A stretch of DNA of 29,873 bases from a virus (lineage: Duplodnaviria > Caudoviricetes). Of this stretch, positions 16,452 to 25,552 are shown one piece after another. Every line of letters starts with the position of its first letter. The stretch's first letter is position 1. The stretch covers positions 1 through 29,873 of the IMG/VR virus record IMGVR_UViG_3300009095_000052; one strand, given 5' to 3'. The notes beneath the pieces were generated by a model that had not been told where the DNA came from, did no database searches, and saw nothing but the letters and a program-made list of their open reading frames with translations. The position numbers and the translations under genes were made by a program.

Positions 16452-16775
16452 ATGACGCTGACCACCGTCGTCGTGCTGGTGGCCTGGGTGCTGGCGCTCG
16501 CGCGCCTCACCCGGCTCATCAATGCCGACGAGCTGACCGACCCGCTGCGCATCTGGATCATGCACAAGACTGGCCCCGAGTCGAAGTGGTCCTATTTCGT
16601 CGGCTGCCCGTGGTGCGTGAGCATGTGGCTCGGCCTCGCCAGCGCGCCGTTCGCGCTGTGGCTGACCGACTTGGAGCTGTGGCTGTGGCCGGTCGTGGCC
16701 CTGGCCGGGTCGCACCTCACCGGTCTGCTCGCCGGACTGGACAACGAGCACATCGAGGTCGAGGTCGAGGAGTAG
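16452..16775 (+). CDS. membrane protein (DUF1360-like)
   Basis: LARLTRLINADELTDPLR...CPWCVSMW; three hydrophobic segments; pre-portal position. Confidence 0.75.
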   Translation: MTLTTVVVLVAWVLALARLTRLINADELTDPLRIWIMHKTGPESKWSYFVGCPWCVSMWLGLASAPFALWLTDLELWLWPVVALAGSHLTGLLAGLDNEHIEVEVEE

Positions 16776-16799
16776 CTGACCGGCCGGGCGGTGCACGGT

Positions 16800-16820
16800 T
16801 GCACGCTGGCCGGATACCTT
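16800..16820 (+). promoter_or_regulatory. putative late promoter (TGCACG-N9-TACCTT), leaderless
   Basis: five-copy motif; portal GTG 7 nt downstream with no RBS. Confidence 0.65.
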
Positions 16821-16827
16821 TGGCGCT

Positions 16828-18747
16828 GTGGCCCGTATCAGCATCCGTCGTCGTCCTCGTTCCGCGCGGTCGCTGACGGCTGCCGCCCAACGGGTGGTCG
16901 ATCCGCAGAAGTCCTTCAAGTCCTCCCCGATGGGCAGCGCCGCTGGCGACTGGCAGGAGGAGGCGTGGCGCTACCTCGAACTGGTCGGTGAGCTGGCTTA
17001 TTACGCGAGCTGGCGCGCGTCCTCGGCGAGCCGTGTCCGGTTCGTCGCCAGCGAACTCGGCCCGGACGGCAAGCCCACGGGCAACATCAGCGACGACAAC
17101 CCCGAAGCCGAGCGCGTCCGGCAGATCGTCAACGACATCGGCGGCGGATCGGCCGGGCAGGGCCAGATTCTCAAGCGCGGCGTGTACCTGCTCACCATCC
17201 CCGGCGAGTACTGGGCAGCGATGCTCGTGCGCGATCCGTCGCGCGAGGAACAGGCGGACGGGTCGCCCGGCACCTCGCTGGTGCCCTCGGCGGTGCTCGG
17301 CCCGGCCGCTGTCCCTGAGCAGTGGTACGTGTTCAACCGGGATGAGATCAAGACCAAGGGCGAGGACGTGGTTCTCACCCTGCCCGACGGCACCAAGCAC
17401 GTGTTCGACCCTAAGAACGACATCATGTTCCGGGTGTGGGAGCCGCACCCGAAGAACGCCACGCTGCCGATCAGCGCGGTGTGGTCGAACCGCGTGGTCC
17501 TCAACGAAATCGTGCGCTCCACCGCGACCATCGACAACGCAGCGAAGTCGCGCCTGGTCGGCAACGGCCTGATGTTCATCCCGCAGGAGATGAGCCTGCC
17601 GAACCAGGTCGCTCCGAGCGCGCTGCCCGTCGGCGCGTCCGACACCAACGCCCCGGACCCGGCATGGGAGCCCAGCACCAGCCAGGAGCTGCAAGACCTG
17701 ATCTACGAGGTCGCCTCCACCGCGATCAAAGACCCGGACAGCCTGGCTGCGCTGTTGCCGATCATCGCCTCCGGCCCCGGCGAGTGGATCAAGAACATCC
17801 AGTGGCTGCGCCCGTCCAGCGACATCCCCGAGACCGCGCTCAAGACCCGCAACGAGGCCATCCGGCGTCTGGCGATGGGCCTGGACGTGGCCCCGGAGCG
17901 GCTGCTCGGCATGGGCGAGAACTCCAACCACTGGACGGCCTGGCTGACCGACGAGAACGATGTGCGCGTGCACATCGCGCCTCCGGTGGAGACCATCTGC
18001 GCGGCCTACACCCAGGAGGTGTTGCGGCCCGCGCTCGTGGAGGAGGGCATCGACCCGCTCAAGTACGTGATCTGGCACGACGACACCGACCTCACCCAAG
18101 ACCCGGACAAGAAGGACGAAGCGCGCGACGCGCACGACCGTGGCGCGCTGTCGAGCGCGGCGCTGCGCGCGCACCTCGGTTTCGATGACGCTGACGGCTA
18201 CGACCTCACCACCAAGGAGGGCTGGGCCGAGCTGGCGATGGATAAGGCGTCGAAAGACCCGACCCTCATCCCGCTGCTCGCGCCGCTGCTCGGTGCGCTC
18301 GTCGCCGACGTGCAGGCCCCGGCCACAGCACCCCAGGGTGAGTTGGAACCGGCTCCACCGGCCGAGGAGCCCGAAGCTGAAGACCAGCCCGAGGAGCCCG
18401 AGTCCGTGCCCGAGGGTGAGACGGCCAACGCGGCGGCCATCACCGTGGCGCGGCTGTGCGTGAACCGCGCGCTGGAGCTGGCGAACAAGCGGCGGCGCAC
18501 CCGGACCAACGCCGAGGTGTTCCGCGACATCGCCATTGAGCTGGCGCACACCCGGATGGAACCGGTGCCCTACGGCGACGTGGACAAGCTGATCGAGGGC
18601 TGGTCCTCGGGACTGTCCGACACCGACCTGCGCCGGATCGGCCTGGACCCGAGCGCCTTCCGCGCGCTCGTGCGCGGGGTGGTCACCGTCTCGCTGGTGA
18701 CCTCAACGCAGCCGGTGCTCACGATGTCGATGCTGCGGAGGAACTGA
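16828..18747 (+). CDS. portal protein
   Basis: 639 aa between terminase and MuF/protease; WQEEAW..VGEL.Y, SRLVGNG, PERLLG..NHW motifs of cluster-B-like portals. Confidence 0.85.
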   Translation: MARISIRRRPRSARSLTAAAQRVVDPQKSFKSSPMGSAAGDWQEEAWRYLELVGELAYYASWRASSASRVRFVASELGPDGKPTGNISDDNPEAERVRQIVNDIGGGSAGQGQILKRGVYLLTIPGEYWAAMLVRDPSREEQADGSPGTSLVPSAVLGPAAVPEQWYVFNRDEIKTKGEDVVLTLPDGTKHVFDPKNDIMFRVWEPHPKNATLPISAVWSNRVVLNEIVRSTATIDNAAKSRLVGNGLMFIPQEMSLPNQVAPSALPVGASDTNAPDPAWEPSTSQELQDLIYEVASTAIKDPDSLAALLPIIASGPGEWIKNIQWLRPSSDIPETALKTRNEAIRRLAMGLDVAPERLLGMGENSNHWTAWLTDENDVRVHIAPPVETICAAYTQEVLRPALVEEGIDPLKYVIWHDDTDLTQDPDKKDEARDAHDRGALSSAALRAHLGFDDADGYDLTTKEGWAELAMDKASKDPTLIPLLAPLLGALVADVQAPATAPQGELEPAPPAEEPEAEDQPEEPESVPEGETANAAAITVARLCVNRALELANKRRRTRTNAEVFRDIAIELAHTRMEPVPYGDVDKLIEGWSSGLSDTDLRRIGLDPSAFRALVRGVVTVSLVTSTQPVLTMSMLRRN

Positions 18748-21263
18748 TGTACCCGCCCTCCAAGCGCGAAGCCCTGCTCGGCCAGCTCCAGGCCGAGAAA
18801 GCCATCGAAGACCTGACGATGTACTGCTACCGGCTGTGGCTGCCCGGCGTGAACATGGCCGTGTTCCCCAGCCTCACCGCCGCTGGCGAGGAGGAGGAGC
18901 TGCCGCCCGACCCGAACGGCATCCCCGAAACCACACCGGTGTGGGAGTTCCTGCTGGACGAGGCGCTGCTGTACGGGCTCGGCCTGCTCTACGGGGCCGA
19001 GTTCCTGGCGGTGTTCGCCGCGCTGGCCGACGATGACGAAGGTCCGCCCGAGAGCGAAGACCCGCCCGCGCCGCGCCAGCCGACCGTGGTCCCCACCGGC
19101 GTCCCCGATATCGCCGAACTCCAGCAGGAGGTGCGGCGCATGGTCGCGCGGCGGCTGGGCGAGTCGTTGGCCTCGGTGGCCGACCTGGACGAGCGTCTGC
19201 GCCAGATGCCCTCGGTGCGCCAGCTCCAATCCAATTACCTTGCGGGCGTGCGGAACAGGATGGCTGGCACGCCGGACAGCGTGTTTCGCGAGATTGCCCA
19301 GGACGTGGACGATGGCCTGGCCGCTGGCGAGTCGCCGCTGGTCATCCGCGACCGGGTGCAGAAGCGGCTCAACATCCAGACCGGCGATTGGCCGGGCCGT
19401 GCCACCACGGTCGCGCGCACCGAGGCGGTCGGCGCGCAGTCGGCGGCCACCGTGGAGGCCGCGCAGCTCCAGGCCGACATCCTCGGCGAGGAGAACCTGG
19501 AGCAGGTCTGGATGTGCACCATCGACTCCAAGACCCGGCGCAGCCACTTCGCGGCCGACGGTCAGCGCGTTCCGCTCGGCGGCCGGTTCAAGGTCGGCCG
19601 GGCCGACCTTCGGTTCCCCGGCGACAGCTCCGGCCCGGCCGAGGAGACCATCAACTGCCGGTGCCGGGTGGCTGTGCTGGCGGCCGACGAGAAGCTGCCC
19701 GGTGAGGAAGATCGGCACACCGAACGCGGCCCCGGCGATTCCACCGTGGTGAACCGCGAAGGCTCCCAGGCCGACGAGATTGCCCGGCGCGCGGCCGACG
19801 GTGTGATCCGCGCGCGTGACGACGAAGACGGCGTGGGCAGCGTCTCGGCCTCTGCACGCTTCGGTGCCAAGCTGACAGACGAGTTCCTGCGGGAGGTCTA
19901 CAACGACCTCCCCGAAGACCACCCGGCGCGCGAGGCGCTGGCCGAGCTAGTGACGACCCAGGAGAGCGAGATGGCTCAGTACCGCACTTTCAGCGCCGTG
20001 CTGGCGGTCATCGGTATTGAGACCGATGACGGCCGGATGTTCGCCAGCGACATCGACCTGACGTTCCGCGATATGCCGCTGCCGCTGCTGTGGCAGAAGC
20101 AGTCCGACATGGGGCACTTCAACAGCTACACCGTGGGCGTGATCGAATCCGCCTCGGTGTCGGGCAACCAGGTCATCGGCAACGGCTACCTGCTCGACAG
20201 TCCCGAGGCCGACGAAGCCGCCACCCAGATCGAGCACAAGGTCACCGGCCCGTCGGTGGACTTGGGCGATGTGACCTGGATGCTCACCGACGAGAACGGC
20301 AACGAGGTCGATTGGGACGACCTGGGGGACAACCCGGACATGAAGGTCATCGAGACCATCACGGCGGGCAAGCTGCTCGGCGCGACCCTGGTCTCCATCC
20401 CGGCGTTCGGCCAGACCTCCATCACCCTCGGTGCTCTGGAGGAGCGCGGTGAGGAGCAGGAGGCCATCGCAGCCAGTCTGGTCGCCTCGGTGGCCGCGCT
20501 GTACGCGCCGGTGTCGCACCCCGATGAGTTCTTCACTGACCCGGAGTTCTCCGGTCCGACGTTGCCGCACATGACGGCGGCCGGGCGCATCCAGGGCCAC
20601 CTCGCAGTGTTCAACCAGTGCCACATCGGCATCCAGGACCGCTGCGTGATGGCCCCGAAGTCGGCCACCGACTACGCCTGGTTCCACACCGCGCCTCCGG
20701 TGCTGACCGAGAGCGGCAAGCGGGTGCCGGTCGGTCGGCTCACTGTGGGTGGTGGCCACGCTGACGGGCGGCTCGGCGTCGGTCCGACGATCGACCACTA
20801 CGACAACGTCGGCACGTGTTTCGCGCTCGTGCACGTCGGCGAGGACGAGCACGGCATTTGGTTCTCCGGCGTCCCTGCCCCCGGCGCGACCGAAGACCAG
20901 ATCGCGGCCGGGCTCGCCGCGCCGCTGTCCGGCGATTGGCGCAACGTCGGCGGCAACTTGGAGCTGGTGGCCGCGCTGGCGGTCAACACCCCCGGTTTCC
21001 CCATCGTCGCCTCCGGCGCCACCAACGAGCGGGACGAGCCGTTGTCGCTGGTGGCTTCACTCGGTCCGTGCAAGGACACCGCCGGTGAGCTGGTGCTGTC
21101 CGAGCAGCAGATCAGGGTGCTCGGACGGGCAGTGGTCGCGGAGATGCGCGCAGCCCAGCGGCGCACGGCCAAGGCCAAGGAACTCATCGCGGCGGCAGAG
21201 CAGCCGAAGCGGGATGCGCGGCGCAGCGCCGCGCTGGACCTCATCTCGAAGGTAGGAGGCTGA
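18747..21263 (+). CDS. MuF-like minor head protein / capsid maturation protease fusion
   Basis: MuF motifs ARTE, W..TIDSKTRRSH..ADGQ, LRFPGD, INCRC; protease-like half from ~19971 (ETDDGR, PLPLLWQ, GATLVSIPAF). Confidence 0.85.
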   Translation: MYPPSKREALLGQLQAEKAIEDLTMYCYRLWLPGVNMAVFPSLTAAGEEEELPPDPNGIPETTPVWEFLLDEALLYGLGLLYGAEFLAVFAALADDDEGPPESEDPPAPRQPTVVPTGVPDIAELQQEVRRMVARRLGESLASVADLDERLRQMPSVRQLQSNYLAGVRNRMAGTPDSVFREIAQDVDDGLAAGESPLVIRDRVQKRLNIQTGDWPGRATTVARTEAVGAQSAATVEAAQLQADILGEENLEQVWMCTIDSKTRRSHFAADGQRVPLGGRFKVGRADLRFPGDSSGPAEETINCRCRVAVLAADEKLPGEEDRHTERGPGDSTVVNREGSQADEIARRAADGVIRARDDEDGVGSVSASARFGAKLTDEFLREVYNDLPEDHPAREALAELVTTQESEMAQYRTFSAVLAVIGIETDDGRMFASDIDLTFRDMPLPLLWQKQSDMGHFNSYTVGVIESASVSGNQVIGNGYLLDSPEADEAATQIEHKVTGPSVDLGDVTWMLTDENGNEVDWDDLGDNPDMKVIETITAGKLLGATLVSIPAFGQTSITLGALEERGEEQEAIAASLVASVAALYAPVSHPDEFFTDPEFSGPTLPHMTAAGRIQGHLAVFNQCHIGIQDRCVMAPKSATDYAWFHTAPPVLTESGKRVPVGRLTVGGGHADGRLGVGPTIDHYDNVGTCFALVHVGEDEHGIWFSGVPAPGATEDQIAAGLAAPLSGDWRNVGGNLELVAALAVNTPGFPIVASGATNERDEPLSLVASLGPCKDTAGELVLSEQQIRVLGRAVVAEMRAAQRRTAKAKELIAAAEQPKRDARRSAALDLISKVGG

Positions 21264-21264
21264 C

Positions 21265-21477
21265 ATGGGTTGCGGATGCGGCGGACGGAACCGGCGCGCG
21301 GCGAAGGCCGCTGGCGGCGGAGCGGTCGGGACCAAGGTCTACTCGGTGACGCTGCCTGGCGAAACTGAGCCCAGGGAGTACCTGACTCCCCTGGAGGCCA
21401 AGCGCGCGATCCGTCGCGCGGGCGGCGGCACGATGAAGATCGTCACCCAGAAACCGGCGCTGGCGAAGGTGTCCTGA
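21265..21477 (+). CDS. small basic head-region protein (MGCGCGG...)
   Basis: AGGAGG RBS; lies between protease and capsid genes. Confidence 0.75.
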   Translation: MGCGCGGRNRRAAKAAGGGAVGTKVYSVTLPGETEPREYLTPLEAKRAIRRAGGGTMKIVTQKPALAKVS

Positions 21478-21484
21478 GCGGCGC

Positions 21485-21505
21485 TGCACGGTGGCGCTCT
21501 ACTGT
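21485..21505 (+). promoter_or_regulatory. putative late promoter (TGCACG-N9-TACTGT) upstream of the major capsid gene
   Basis: five-copy motif in the intergenic gap. Confidence 0.65.
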
Positions 21506-21602
21506 GTGATGCGTACGACGAGTCCTGATCTGGCTGCGGGCCGAGGGCGCGTCTGGCGAGGACGTACCAACGAGAACCTGACGAAGAGAAGGGACTGGGT
21601 TC

Positions 21603-23372
21603 GTGGACGAGGAACTGTTCAAGCTCCCGGAGGAGCTGCCGACCGAGCTGGACGCTCTCGGCGATCTGCGGGCCGAGGCCCAGGCAGCATTCGACAAGAT
21701 CAAGAGCAAGGTCGAGGCCGGTGACGACCTGACCGACGAGGAACTGGACCACCTCAAGTACGTGGTCGATTCCATCACTCAGATCGACACCGCCACCGCC
21801 GCTGCGGAGGAAGCCAAGGAAGCTCGCAACCAGAGCATCGCCGACCTGATCAGGGCGGGCGATGGCGAGGACGACGAGTCGGACAAGGACGGCGACACCG
21901 ACGACGACGAGGAAGGCTCGGAGGAGAACTCCGAGGCTGCCGCCGATGTCATCGCCGAGGCCGAGAAGGCGACCGAGGAAGCGGCCAAGGAAGGCGTCGC
22001 TGCCTCCGGCGCTCGCAAGCCGGGCAAGCAGCTCGCGCGGACCAGCTTCAAAGGCCTCGCCAAGGGCAAGACCCCGGCCGTGCCGAAGTCGGAAATCGGC
22101 TGGCAGATGGACCCGCAGGCGCACGGCTACAAGCCGGGTCTGGTGTCCTTCTCCGACCTGGCCGCCGCTGTCGAGTCCGTACGCCCCGGCGCACGTGCCC
22201 GGTCGAACCGTCCCGCCACCGGTGGCTACGCGCAGCTGTCGCTCGCGCGCCTCCAGCGTGACGTGAAGGAGGTCAGCGACTCGCACGAGCTGGTCGCGGC
22301 CATCGAGGCGGCCACCGACGAGACCAAGCTGCCGGGCGGAAGCCTGACGGCGGCCGGTGGCTGGTGTGCCCCGTCGGAGACGCTGTACGACTTCTGTGAG
22401 GTGCCCTCGGCGACCGACCTCATCTCGCTGCCGGAAATCACCATCCGGCGCGGCGGTGTGCGCTGGCCCATCGAGCCGGACCTCTCGGAAATCTTCGAGT
22501 CGTTCCAGTTCTTCTTCACCGAGCCTCAGCTGGAAGCCGTTGACGGCGAAGGCAATCCGACCGCCATCAAGGAATGCGTCGAGATTCCCTGCCCCGACGA
22601 GTTCGAGGAGCTGCGGCTCAACGTCGTGGGCTACTGCGTCGAGGCGGGCATCCTCCAGACGCAGGGCTGGCCGGAGCTGATCGAGTGGTTCATGCGCTCG
22701 CTGGTCGCGGAGCACCTGCGCGCCATCTCGCGCCGGACCATCCTCGATATGGTCGCTGGTTCCACCGCGCTGACCATCCCGGCCGACACCCAGATCGCGG
22801 CGGGCAGTTCGCTGCTCAACTCGCTGTCGCTGATGGCCGTCAACCTGCGCCTGAACAAGGGCCTGGGTCGCACCGCCACCATCGAGGGCGTCGCCCCGAG
22901 CTGGCTGCACGAGCTGGTCCGCGCCGATCTGGCGAACCAGCAGGGTGTCGAGACCAAGAACGTCACCGACTCCCAGATCACCGCATGGTTCTCGGCGCGC
23001 AACATCGCGTTGCAGTTCGTCGGCGACTGGCAGACCCGCGAGGCGGGCCAGCCGGGCAACCTGGCGACCGTCCAGTGGCCGGACACCGTGCAGGTGCTGC
23101 TCTACCCGGCCGGTACCTGGTTCCGCGCGCTGAGCAACGTCATCGAACTGGGCGTGCAGTACCCGCGCGAACTCCTCCAGGTGAACCGGTACACCCGGTT
23201 CTTCACTGAGGATGCCATCGCCATCGGCAAGCGCTGCAACGAGTCGCTGGTCGTCACCGTGCCGGTCTGCCCGAACGGTGCCTACGGCGCGCAGGACGCC
23301 ATCACCTGCGGCGCGGGCAACGGCGAGGGTGAGGGTGAAGGTGAAGGTGAAGGCGAGGGTGAGGGCGAGTAA
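21603..23372 (+). CDS. major capsid (hexamer) protein with N-terminal scaffold-like domain and C-terminal (GE)8 tail
   Basis: acidic coiled-coil N-terminus, LTAAGGWCAPSETLYD start of the capsid domain, synteny. Confidence 0.88.
   Translation: MDEELFKLPEELPTELDALGDLRAEAQAAFDKIKSKVEAGDDLTDEELDHLKYVVDSITQIDTATAAAEEAKEARNQSIADLIRAGDGEDDESDKDGDTDDDEEGSEENSEAAADVIAEAEKATEEAAKEGVAASGARKPGKQLARTSFKGLAKGKTPAVPKSEIGWQMDPQAHGYKPGLVSFSDLAAAVESVRPGARARSNRPATGGYAQLSLARLQRDVKEVSDSHELVAAIEAATDETKLPGGSLTAAGGWCAPSETLYDFCEVPSATDLISLPEITIRRGGVRWPIEPDLSEIFESFQFFFTEPQLEAVDGEGNPTAIKECVEIPCPDEFEELRLNVVGYCVEAGILQTQGWPELIEWFMRSLVAEHLRAISRRTILDMVAGSTALTIPADTQIAAGSSLLNSLSLMAVNLRLNKGLGRTATIEGVAPSWLHELVRADLANQQGVETKNVTDSQITAWFSARNIALQFVGDWQTREAGQPGNLATVQWPDTVQVLLYPAGTWFRALSNVIELGVQYPRELLQVNRYTRFFTEDAIAIGKRCNESLVVTVPVCPNGAYGAQDAITCGAGNGEGEGEGEGEGEGEGE
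23322..23369 (+). repeat. (Gly-Glu)8 coding repeat
   Basis: 8 x GG(C/T)GA(A/G) directly before TAA. Confidence 0.95.
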
Positions 23373-23391
23373 TCGCCTGCGCCCTCTGATC

Positions 23392-23492
23392 TGTTGCGCC
23401 GGGGTGGCCCCCTGCCCCGGCGCAGCACCAGACCTGGAGGGTGCGCCGTAACGTGAGGCCGTCACGGCGCACCCTTCGGGGCCTACGGCCCC
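23392..23492 (+). terminator. three tandem hairpins between the two capsid genes
   Basis: stems 23392-23427, 23438-23475 and 23478-23492. Confidence 0.55.
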
Positions 23493-23507
23493 AAGAGAGG
23501 AGCTACC

Positions 23508-24323
23508 GTGACGAACCCGATGCCGGTCGTAGAGTTCGACGCACCTGCCGTCAATCCGGCTGGTCTCGGGCTGTACGCGGCGGCCACCGTCTTCGACACC
23601 GCACGGCCCAGCCGAATCCTGGCTGGCGTCAACGTTCGGCCCTATAACTGCTCAGAGGCGTTCGGCACCTGGCCGACTGACCCCTGTGCCGACCCGGACC
23701 CCGAGCTGCGCAAGTTCGGTGTGCGCCCGGAGGCCGGCGAGCCGTTCGACCCGTTGCAGCCGTGGGCCTACGACGAGTGCGGGCCGGGCGTGACCGACGA
23801 GGAGTCCCGCGCGCGGGCCGCTCAGACGCTGCGGCTCCAGGAGCCGTTGCTGGTGGAGTCCGCCTTCGCCGCGCGACTGCTCGCCGACGCGGGCGCTGTC
23901 CCTGGCGGCATCGGCACCGCGACCGACCTCGCCGATGCCATCGGCCAGCTGGAAGTCGCGCTCGGCGAGACCGGCTACCAGGGTTACATCCACGCTTCGC
24001 GGTACTGGGCTCCCCAGGCCAGCCAGTACCGCTGGGACAACCAGACCGGGGCGGTGCTCAAGACGCCGTTGCGGCACTCCTGGGTGTTCGGAGGCGGCTA
24101 CGCCTCGGTGCTCGGCAACACGCTGGTCGCCACCGGTCCGGTGTTCGTCTGGCGCGACGAGCTGACCGTCAACACCACCTTCGATTACCGGGTGAACATC
24201 AAGGCGTCGGTCGCTGAGCGGACCGTCGTCGTCGGATACGAATGCATCATCGCGGCAGTCACCATCGGCGGAGGAGCCGGTGAGGGCGAAGGCGAGGGTG
24301 AAGGCGAAGGAGAAGGCGAGTAA
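23508..24323 (+). CDS. major capsid pentamer protein (second capsid protein) with C-terminal (GE)7 tail
   Basis: GAGGAG RBS; position after the hexamer protein as in cluster-B phages; GLYAAA, LRLQEPLLVE, TPLRHSWVFGGGY, AERTVVVGYEC. Confidence 0.75.
   Translation: MTNPMPVVEFDAPAVNPAGLGLYAAATVFDTARPSRILAGVNVRPYNCSEAFGTWPTDPCADPDPELRKFGVRPEAGEPFDPLQPWAYDECGPGVTDEESRARAAQTLRLQEPLLVESAFAARLLADAGAVPGGIGTATDLADAIGQLEVALGETGYQGYIHASRYWAPQASQYRWDNQTGAVLKTPLRHSWVFGGGYASVLGNTLVATGPVFVWRDELTVNTTFDYRVNIKASVAERTVVVGYECIIAAVTIGGGAGEGEGEGEGEGEGE
24279..24320 (+). repeat. (Gly-Glu)7 coding repeat
   Basis: 7 x GGNGAR directly before TAA. Confidence 0.95.
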
Positions 24324-24733
24324 TGCCGAAGGGTATCGAGGTCGAGGTCGAAAACGGCTTCGCCAAGCTGACATTCACCGACCCGGCCCTGCGCGGCCCG
24401 TCGCTCCAGAAGATCATCGACGCCAGCAGCCCGGCGTTCGTGTCCGTGGACACCTCGGGCACCAAGCGCAGCTACGTGACCCTGGAGTCTGTCGCCCGCG
24501 ACGCCGGTCTACTGGACGAGCCGGAACCGGAGCCAGCACCGGCTCCCGAGCCCGAGCCTGTGAAGGCCCCGGCCAAGAAGGCTGCGCCGCGTAAGGCCCC
24601 GGCCAAGAAGGCCGCGCCGAAGAAGGCGGCACCGAAACCGGTCGTAGTTGAGGAGGTGACTCCCGTTGTGGAGGAGCCTGTCTCGGCCCCGACCGCCGAG
24701 GTGAACCCGTTCGATCCAGGAGGCGGTGAGTGA
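24323..24733 (+). CDS. head-associated protein with EP and PAKKAAP low-complexity repeats
   Basis: TAATG coupling; EPEPEPAPAPEPEP then KAPAKKAAPRKAPAKKAAPKKAAPK. Confidence 0.75.
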   Translation: MPKGIEVEVENGFAKLTFTDPALRGPSLQKIIDASSPAFVSVDTSGTKRSYVTLESVARDAGLLDEPEPEPAPAPEPEPVKAPAKKAAPRKAPAKKAAPKKAAPKPVVVEEVTPVVEEPVSAPTAEVNPFDPGGGE

Positions 24734-25035
24734 TGAGCGGCGGTGTGTCCCCCGAGGTTCAGCAGGCGATGGAGGAGCGCCTGCGTGAGCTTCTGGAGGC
24801 GCAGCCGTGGTGGAGGCGATACGCGAACACGGCTACGTCCATCGTCACCAACCTGGTGCTGGTGGCGTGGCTCCTGATCGCATCGGGGATGGCGTTTCCT
24901 TCCTGGCTGGAGTGGACGGTGGCCGCGATTCTGTTCGCGGGCAACGTCCTCGGAATCCGGCGCACGCCCAACGGCGTGACGCCATCTCTGATTGATCTGG
25001 TGGTTGGTGGCGCAGGCGGGCGGCACCGCCTGTGA
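24730..25035 (+). CDS. membrane protein, holin-like (2 TM)
   Basis: two hydrophobic helices; GIRRTPNGVTPS C-terminal motif. Confidence 0.65.
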   Translation: MMSGGVSPEVQQAMEERLRELLEAQPWWRRYANTATSIVTNLVLVAWLLIASGMAFPSWLEWTVAAILFAGNVLGIRRTPNGVTPSLIDLVVGGAGGRHRL

Positions 25036-25053
25036 GGATGAGGAGTTGCGGCT

Positions 25054-25332
25054 ATGGAGTTGGCCCCGTTCATCGCGGACCTGACACCGGCCGGAATCCT
25101 CGGGCTGGTCGTTGTCATGATCCTGCTGGGCTGGTTGGTCCCGGCTCGCATGGTCCGTACGCTGATGGCAGGTAAGGATGCCCTGATCAACGAGCAGAAG
25201 GCCCACATTGCTACGCAGAGCCGAGCACTGGAAGCCGCGCTCCGGGGTAACACAGCGACCGAGGCGGTGCTTACGGCGACGGCCGAAATTCAGCACCGGA
25301 GCGGAGCGGACGATGGTCAACCAGCCGAGTAA
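25054..25332 (+). CDS. membrane protein (1 TM plus coiled coil)
   Basis: GAGGAG RBS; ILGLVVVMILLGWLVP. Confidence 0.7.
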   Translation: MELAPFIADLTPAGILGLVVVMILLGWLVPARMVRTLMAGKDALINEQKAHIATQSRALEAALRGNTATEAVLTATAEIQHRSGADDGQPAE

Positions 25333-25552
25333 GCGCTGGAGCTGGTTCTGGCGGCTCACGCCGTGGGGGCGGAAGGCACTGGAGGAGCTGGGCGAGACCG
25401 ACCAGGCCATCCGGGAAGTCCGCGACGCTCGGCTTCGGGAGTGTGCGCGTTACCAGGAAATTGCTCGGCAGAGCGCGGTGTTGCAGCAGGCAGCGGACGA
25501 AAACGGTTTCGTCCAGCAGCTCAGCCAGGGATTCCACCCGAGGACGACATGA
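25313..25552 (+). CDS. hypothetical protein (79 aa, MVNQPSKRW...)
   Basis: GGAG upstream of ATG 25313; overlaps both neighbours. Confidence 0.6.
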   Translation: MVNQPSKRWSWFWRLTPWGRKALEELGETDQAIREVRDARLRECARYQEIARQSAVLQQAADENGFVQQLSQGFHPRTT

